A stretch of 54,337 nt of DNA from a virus. The translations under genes and the position numbers were made by a program. The stretch lies in IMG/VR virus record IMGVR_UViG_3300045988_066153, positions 1-54,337 of that record; one strand, given 5' to 3'. Under the pieces are notes generated by a model, which saw only the letters and a list, made by a program, of their open reading frames with translations, did not search any database and was not told the origin of the DNA. This document shows positions 50,835 to 54,337 of this stretch, piece by piece. The first letter of the stretch is position 1. Each line of letters starts with the position of its first letter.

Positions 50835-51509
50835 TCAAGTATTTTTGTTGTCATATTCAAACAATATCCGCCGGCTCATCGGAAAGACTTTATATATCTT
50901 TTCCAAGTCCTGCGGATAATTCTCTCTCAGCCATAAAAAGCAATCAAGGTTGAATCCGATTCCGCCCGAAGCCTTCTTCCCGTACCGCACCGGCTCAGGA
51001 AGATTGTGCTGCCGCATATATGCCAGCACGTCACGCTGCGTCCAATCAGCGAGAGGGTAGCACATCCCTTTGCTCACATAATGATTCTGCTCGTAGCCTT
51101 TCAGCATCAGCCGTCTGTTCATCCCGTCAGCTTTCTTCATTCCAAGGAACACATAGTCAACCCCGGAGGACAGGCGCACGGACTTCACGACATCCGCAAG
51201 TTTCAGCAGTTTGATGTTCGGGTTGGGAACGCAATACATTCCGCCACGGAGCAGATATGTCAGATTCCAATGGGGAAGCTGCACGAACTCCACTTTCGGG
51301 TAACGTGCCTTAACCCAGTTTATCCACCTGTCTATGTGATCCAAGTCCTTGACGAAGTACATAAACACGCAGACAATGCGGCTGAACCGCGGGTACATCA
51401 AATCAAGGCATACAAGCGAATCCTTGCCCAATGAACAAAACAACACCGCCCCGTCAGACTGCTGTCTGACGTAGGCGATGTGTCTTAATGTGTCGTCAAC
51501 CTTGCCCAT
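50835..51509 (-). CDS. PAPS reductase-family ATP pyrophosphatase-like protein (IbrA/DndC-like)
   Basis: VLFCSLGKDSLVCLDL matches the SGGKDS PP-loop. Confidence 0.7.
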   Translation of the reverse strand: MGKVDDTLRHIAYVRQQSDGAVLFCSLGKDSLVCLDLMYPRFSRIVCVFMYFVKDLDHIDRWINWVKARYPKVEFVQLPHWNLTYLLRGGMYCVPNPNIKLLKLADVVKSVRLSSGVDYVFLGMKKADGMNRRLMLKGYEQNHYVSKGMCYPLADWTQRDVLAYMRQHNLPEPVRYGKKASGGIGFNLDCFLWLRENYPQDLEKIYKVFPMSRRILFEYDNKNT

Positions 51510-51511
51510 CG

Positions 51512-51715
51512 CTATCCAGTACTTAAACCAAACGCTGCACGAAGGTCGCTGTAGCGTTGCCGACGGCTGCCTAAGCCAGCCTTGCTTGCGTCCGCTCTGC
51601 CGTTGGCTTTTCGCCTTGTAATAAGACGAGCCCCGACACCTGCGCCATTCATATTCCGGCGAGGTCCGGCGTTGTTATTGATTTGCCTTTGGATGCTTGA
51701 TTGTCTTCTTGCCAT
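51512..51715 (-). CDS. Small arginine-rich protein
   Basis: 67 aa, low complexity (R/G/A/N). Tight spacing within the operon is the only support. Confidence 0.3.
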   Translation of the reverse strand: MARRQSSIQRQINNNAGPRRNMNGAGVGARLITRRKANGRADASKAGLGSRRQRYSDLRAAFGLSTG

Positions 51716-51736
51716 AATCTTGCATTTTTTTGTTTT

Positions 51737-52135
51737 CTATCGTTTCGACTTGTCTCGTATATCTTTCTCCAAGATTCTGCCCAAATTGAAAACTACCTGC
51801 TCGGCAATCCATTCGAGCGGATTGCCATCCTTGTCGACGCCCGACTCATACACTATAGGCTTGTCGTCATCGTCGACAAAAATCTCACAATAAGCACTCT
51901 CAACCTCGACCAAAGCACTGTCGCGGTCTTTGTTGTAGCCGACAAAAAAGCGGATTGCGTCATACTTGATTGGCTGGGCGTTGCCGTACTCGTCTTCTAC
52001 CTCATAGCCTTCTTCATCAAGCTGCAGCAGCTTCTTGATGGTGGTAGGGCGTACCTCGCGGAACTCTTGCACCTTGCGACCGGCCATAATGGCATCGAAA
52101 TACTTCTGTTTGATAATCAGGTTCAAAATTTTCAT
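51737..52135 (-). CDS. ASCH/PUA-like domain protein
   Basis: MKILNLIIKQKYFDAIMAGRKVQEFREV matches the ASCH N-terminal pattern. Confidence 0.55.
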   Translation of the reverse strand: MKILNLIIKQKYFDAIMAGRKVQEFREVRPTTIKKLLQLDEEGYEVEDEYGNAQPIKYDAIRFFVGYNKDRDSALVEVESAYCEIFVDDDDKPIVYESGVDKDGNPLEWIAEQVVFNLGRILEKDIRDKSKR

Positions 52136-52157
52136 AACTTTTCTCTTTTTGTGCTAT

Positions 52158-52165
52158 CAAAGATA
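52158..52165 (-). promoter_or_regulatory. -7 box (TATCTTTG on the minus strand) upstream of the ASCH gene
   Basis: Plus-strand CAAAGATA lies 23 nt upstream of the ATG at 52135. It is preceded by the hairpin TAGGCGGT...ACCGCCTA at about 52194-52223. Confidence 0.4.
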
Positions 52166-52237
52166 GCGGTTAGTAATTGATTATTTGAAATTTAGGCGGT
52201 CGGCGAATAAACAAACCGCCTATTGTTTACATAGCAA

Positions 52238-52567
52238 TTATGCCAACTTCACAAGATTCGCTTTCTTGTAGCAGCGATACTCTTGTTTCTCTGTGTCGTA
52301 GTATACTTGTACCGTGTCTGACGGCTTTCTGCCGGTGCCCTTGGTTTCTGGCAACAAGCTTTCTTTCAATGTGCCGTATGCCTCTCTGAGGCTGCCGTCT
52401 ACCTTTGTAAAGTAGAACTTTACGATACCTTTTTTGAGCGCTGCGTGAAGTTTTACATTTGCCCAAGCGGTTTTGAGGGCTTGGCTCAAATCAAAGCCGT
52501 TGCGTTTTACAAACTGCCAAGCGAGGCTCATTATCTCTCTCATTCTGTTTTTGCTTTCAGTTGTCAT
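52238..52567 (-). CDS. SH3-like beta-barrel (DUF2693-like) protein
   Basis: The IVKFYFTKVDGSLREAYGTL...VQVYYDTEKQEYRCYKKANL pattern is recalled from the DUF2693 family of Bacteroides phages. Confidence 0.4.
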   Translation of the reverse strand: MTTESKNRMREIMSLAWQFVKRNGFDLSQALKTAWANVKLHAALKKGIVKFYFTKVDGSLREAYGTLKESLLPETKGTGRKPSDTVQVYYDTEKQEYRCYKKANLVKLA

Positions 52568-52603
52568 AGTAGTTGAGTTTAGTTGTTTATCTTTACGTCA
52601 GCA

Positions 52604-52692
52604 AAGATATAGCCTTTATACTAACCAAACAAGCAAGATATAGCCTTTAACATAAGTTTAACACAAAAGAGCATTTATGCTAAAGCCTATAT
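52604..52692. promoter_or_regulatory. Operator-like repeats in the divergent control region
   Basis: AAGATATAGCCTTTA occurs at 52604-52618 and 52635-52649, a 31-bp period. An inverted near-copy TAAAGCCTATAT sits at 52681-52692. The first copy overlaps the minus-strand -7 box (CAAAGATA at 52602-52609). Confidence 0.45.
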
Positions 52693-52753
52693 TTGTTTGT
52701 TAAAAATAGTTTAAAGTATAAGTATAGCGTACCAATCTATACCAAATAGGCAT

Positions 52754-52761
52754 TACCTTTG
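52754..52761 (+). promoter_or_regulatory. -7 box (TACCTTTG) for the 52784 HTH gene
   Basis: TAnnTTTG match 23 nt upstream of the ATG. Confidence 0.45.
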
Positions 52762-52783
52762 TAGGATAAAACCTAAAAGGAGT

Positions 52784-53080
52784 ATGGACATACTAAAAAA
52801 AATTAGAAAGCAGGGATTTACGCTGGCTCAGGTAGCTGCGCAAATGACTAACAAGATGGGAGGTGTCGGAATCTCTCAGCCAACGCTATCTCAGATGCTC
52901 GCCGGCAATCCGACCATCGACAAACTGCGAGAGATAGCCGGAATCATAGGAGTGCCGGTTGCGGAACTGGTGTCGGACAGTCCGGGGATAACCGCCCTTG
53001 TGCGGAAAGGCGATGATTACTACCAGGCGAACACGGTGGAAGAGCTTGAATCAATCGTCGCAAGGCTGAAGGCTGAATGA
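52784..53080 (+). CDS. XRE-family HTH regulator (Cro/antirepressor-type candidate)
   Basis: GFTLAQVAAQMTNKMGGVGISQPTLSQMLAGNPTIDKLREIAGIIGVPVAELV. Confidence 0.75.
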   Translation: MDILKKIRKQGFTLAQVAAQMTNKMGGVGISQPTLSQMLAGNPTIDKLREIAGIIGVPVAELVSDSPGITALVRKGDDYYQANTVEELESIVARLKAE

Positions 53081-53117
53081 AAAGCGGCGGTGGGTGTTTG
53101 CCCATCGCCGCCCTTGT

Positions 53118-53531
53118 CTATAAATCTGCTGTATCAGCCATAGCCTGCTTTAGCTGCTTTATTTTCTCTGCTTCTTTCTCGCCAAGATACTCACTTATCT
53201 TGCGCACTCTATTTAAAAATGCAAGTGCCTGCTTGTTTGTGGCGCCGTTAATATAGCAACTATAGTCATTGTGTAGATAGCCAGAGTCGTTTATGTCGTA
53301 CAGACTATACTCGAAATCGTCATCATCAACGACTGCCAAGAACTCATAACTGTCGACGTTGCTACACCTTTTACAATCTCTGATTGTCAGTCCATCGACT
53401 GTTATTTCGGCAATGTCAAGGCAGTGCATTGTGCATCTTATCCTTATGGCTATGTCGTATACTCTTTCTGCCATCTCACTTGTCAGCCTTTTGTAGTCTT
53501 CTCTCTTTAAAATTTCGTCCAAGGTTTTCAT
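53118..53531 (-). CDS. Hypothetical protein
   Basis: 137-aa ORF with its own upstream -7 box (TACATTTG on the minus strand at 53581-53588). Confidence 0.55.
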   Translation of the reverse strand: MKTLDEILKREDYKRLTSEMAERVYDIAIRIRCTMHCLDIAEITVDGLTIRDCKRCSNVDSYEFLAVVDDDDFEYSLYDINDSGYLHNDYSCYINGATNKQALAFLNRVRKISEYLGEKEAEKIKQLKQAMADTADL

Positions 53532-53755
53532 TTTTGTCTTTATTGTTTAGTTGTTTATATTGCGTTTATTAATCACACTACAAATGTATATATAAAACTA
53601 TATACTACCAAATATTTTCGCAACAAAATGAATAGTTTTAACCATACATAACAATTAGCAGATATTGCACCGTTTAAATTAACACATCTTTGCAATTGCA
53701 TAGCTATACGTATACAAAAAAGGCAAAATGCTTGTTTTTTCGTCCTGAGTGTATT

Positions 53756-53763
53756 ATCTTTGC
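53756..53763 (+). promoter_or_regulatory. -7 box (TATCTTTG) for the 53802 HTH gene
   Basis: TAnnTTTG match 39 nt upstream of ATG 53802. Confidence 0.45.
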
Positions 53764-53801
53764 ACCCAAATAAATGTAGTATTATATATATACATTATTA
53801 T

Positions 53802-54092
53802 ATGCAAATAAAGACTATCATAAAAGCGCATGGACTTACGCAAGCGGACGTTGCCGCCCGGATGGGTGTCAGCCGAATAGCGTTGGTTCAGCAAATCAAT
53901 GGGAATCCGACAGTCGGCTCCCTGAGGAAGATGGCGGAAGCCATCGGCTGCAAGGTGTCTGACTTCTTCGCCGACGAGGAATCCGGGCAAACAGATGCTA
54001 TAAGCCTCGACGGTGAAACGGCGGAAATCGGAGGTGTGAGATACCGACTGACCAAAGTGGAGGATGATGAACCGGAGAAGCGGCGGAAATGA
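53802..54092 (+). CDS. XRE-family HTH regulator (paralogue of 52784)
   Basis: HGLTQADVAARMGVSRIALVQQINGNPTVGSLRKMAEAIGCKVSDFF. ATG 53802 is in frame within the 53760..54092 ORF. Confidence 0.75.
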   Translation: MQIKTIIKAHGLTQADVAARMGVSRIALVQQINGNPTVGSLRKMAEAIGCKVSDFFADEESGQTDAISLDGETAEIGGVRYRLTKVEDDEPEKRRK

Positions 54093-54274
54093 AAAAGAGC
54101 GGCAGTCAAGCCGCTCCGAAAATTCCAAAAAAAGCCAGTCTCCCGACTCGCAGTGTGTACAAAAATGCTAACAATCGTTTGGAAACAAAGATAAGAAAAA
54201 GGAATCAAAACCGCAACAAGGATTTTTCGGCACACAGAAAAAAGGAATGTGGAAAATGCAGAATCGATACATAA
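54089..54274 (+). CDS. Doubtful small basic ORF running into the terminal repeat
   Basis: 61 aa, K/R/N-rich and low complexity. It overlaps a GAGCGGC-agtcaa-GCCGCTC hairpin at 54095-54114. Confidence 0.2.
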   Translation: MKKSGSQAAPKIPKKASLPTRSVYKNANNRLETKIRKRNQNRNKDFSAHRKKECGKCRIDT

Positions 54275-54337
54275 AAAGGTACACAAATTTTGTTACTTCC
54301 ACATTATCAACACCTAAACGAATCTCGCTCACTCCGC
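54219..54337. repeat. 119-bp terminal direct repeat, copy 2
   Basis: Exact copy of bases 1-119. Confidence 0.95.

Noticed and set aside
54089-54274. 61-aa basic ORF crossing into the terminal repeat
   Set aside because: It has low-complexity K/R/N composition and overlaps a hairpin and the putative attP region. It is kept only as a low-confidence feature.

Overview
This window looks like a complete temperate siphovirus-like phage genome. Bases 1-119 are identical to 54219-54337, so the unique length is about 54,218 bp and the molecule is circular or terminally redundant. The host is probably a Bacteroidota species. Evidence for that is repeated TAnnTTTG -7 promoter boxes, A-rich translation leaders, almost no Shine-Dalgarno sites, and Bacteroides-type tyrosine integrases.

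Modules in order:
- Lysogeny (284-3046): integrase, a lipoprotein and a membrane protein that look like morons, and an XRE repressor.
- Plus-strand early operon (3208-20126): Erf annealase, PD-(D/E)XK nuclease, an SSB-like protein with a DDLPF tail, NinB-like and RuvC-like proteins, an initiator-like gene with internal iterons, a DnaB helicase, dUTPase, a second tyrosine recombinase, many small unknown ORFs, a PI-PLC-like phosphodiesterase and two DNA methyltransferases.
- Plus-strand tail tip, fibres and lysis (20197-29379).
- Accessory island (29458-35370): an autonomous hicAB cassette, a candidate unimolecular spanin and about ten unknown genes.
- Minus-strand packaging, head and tail-tube operon (52567 down to 35390): an IbrAB-like ParB/PAPS-reductase pair, TerS, a TerL split by a LAGLIDADG intein, portal, scaffold, gpE-like capsid, connectors, tail tube, G/GT chaperone with a UUUUUUG slippery site, and a 1551-aa tape measure.
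- Regulatory region with two more XRE proteins (52568-54092).

The most unusual feature is an 827-bp ORF-free gap (4524-5350). It holds a tandem array of tRNA-like modules that keep a perfect acceptor stem and T-arm but lack recognisable D and anticodon arms.

All calls rest on reading motifs by eye. No database search or RNA-folding computation was run.
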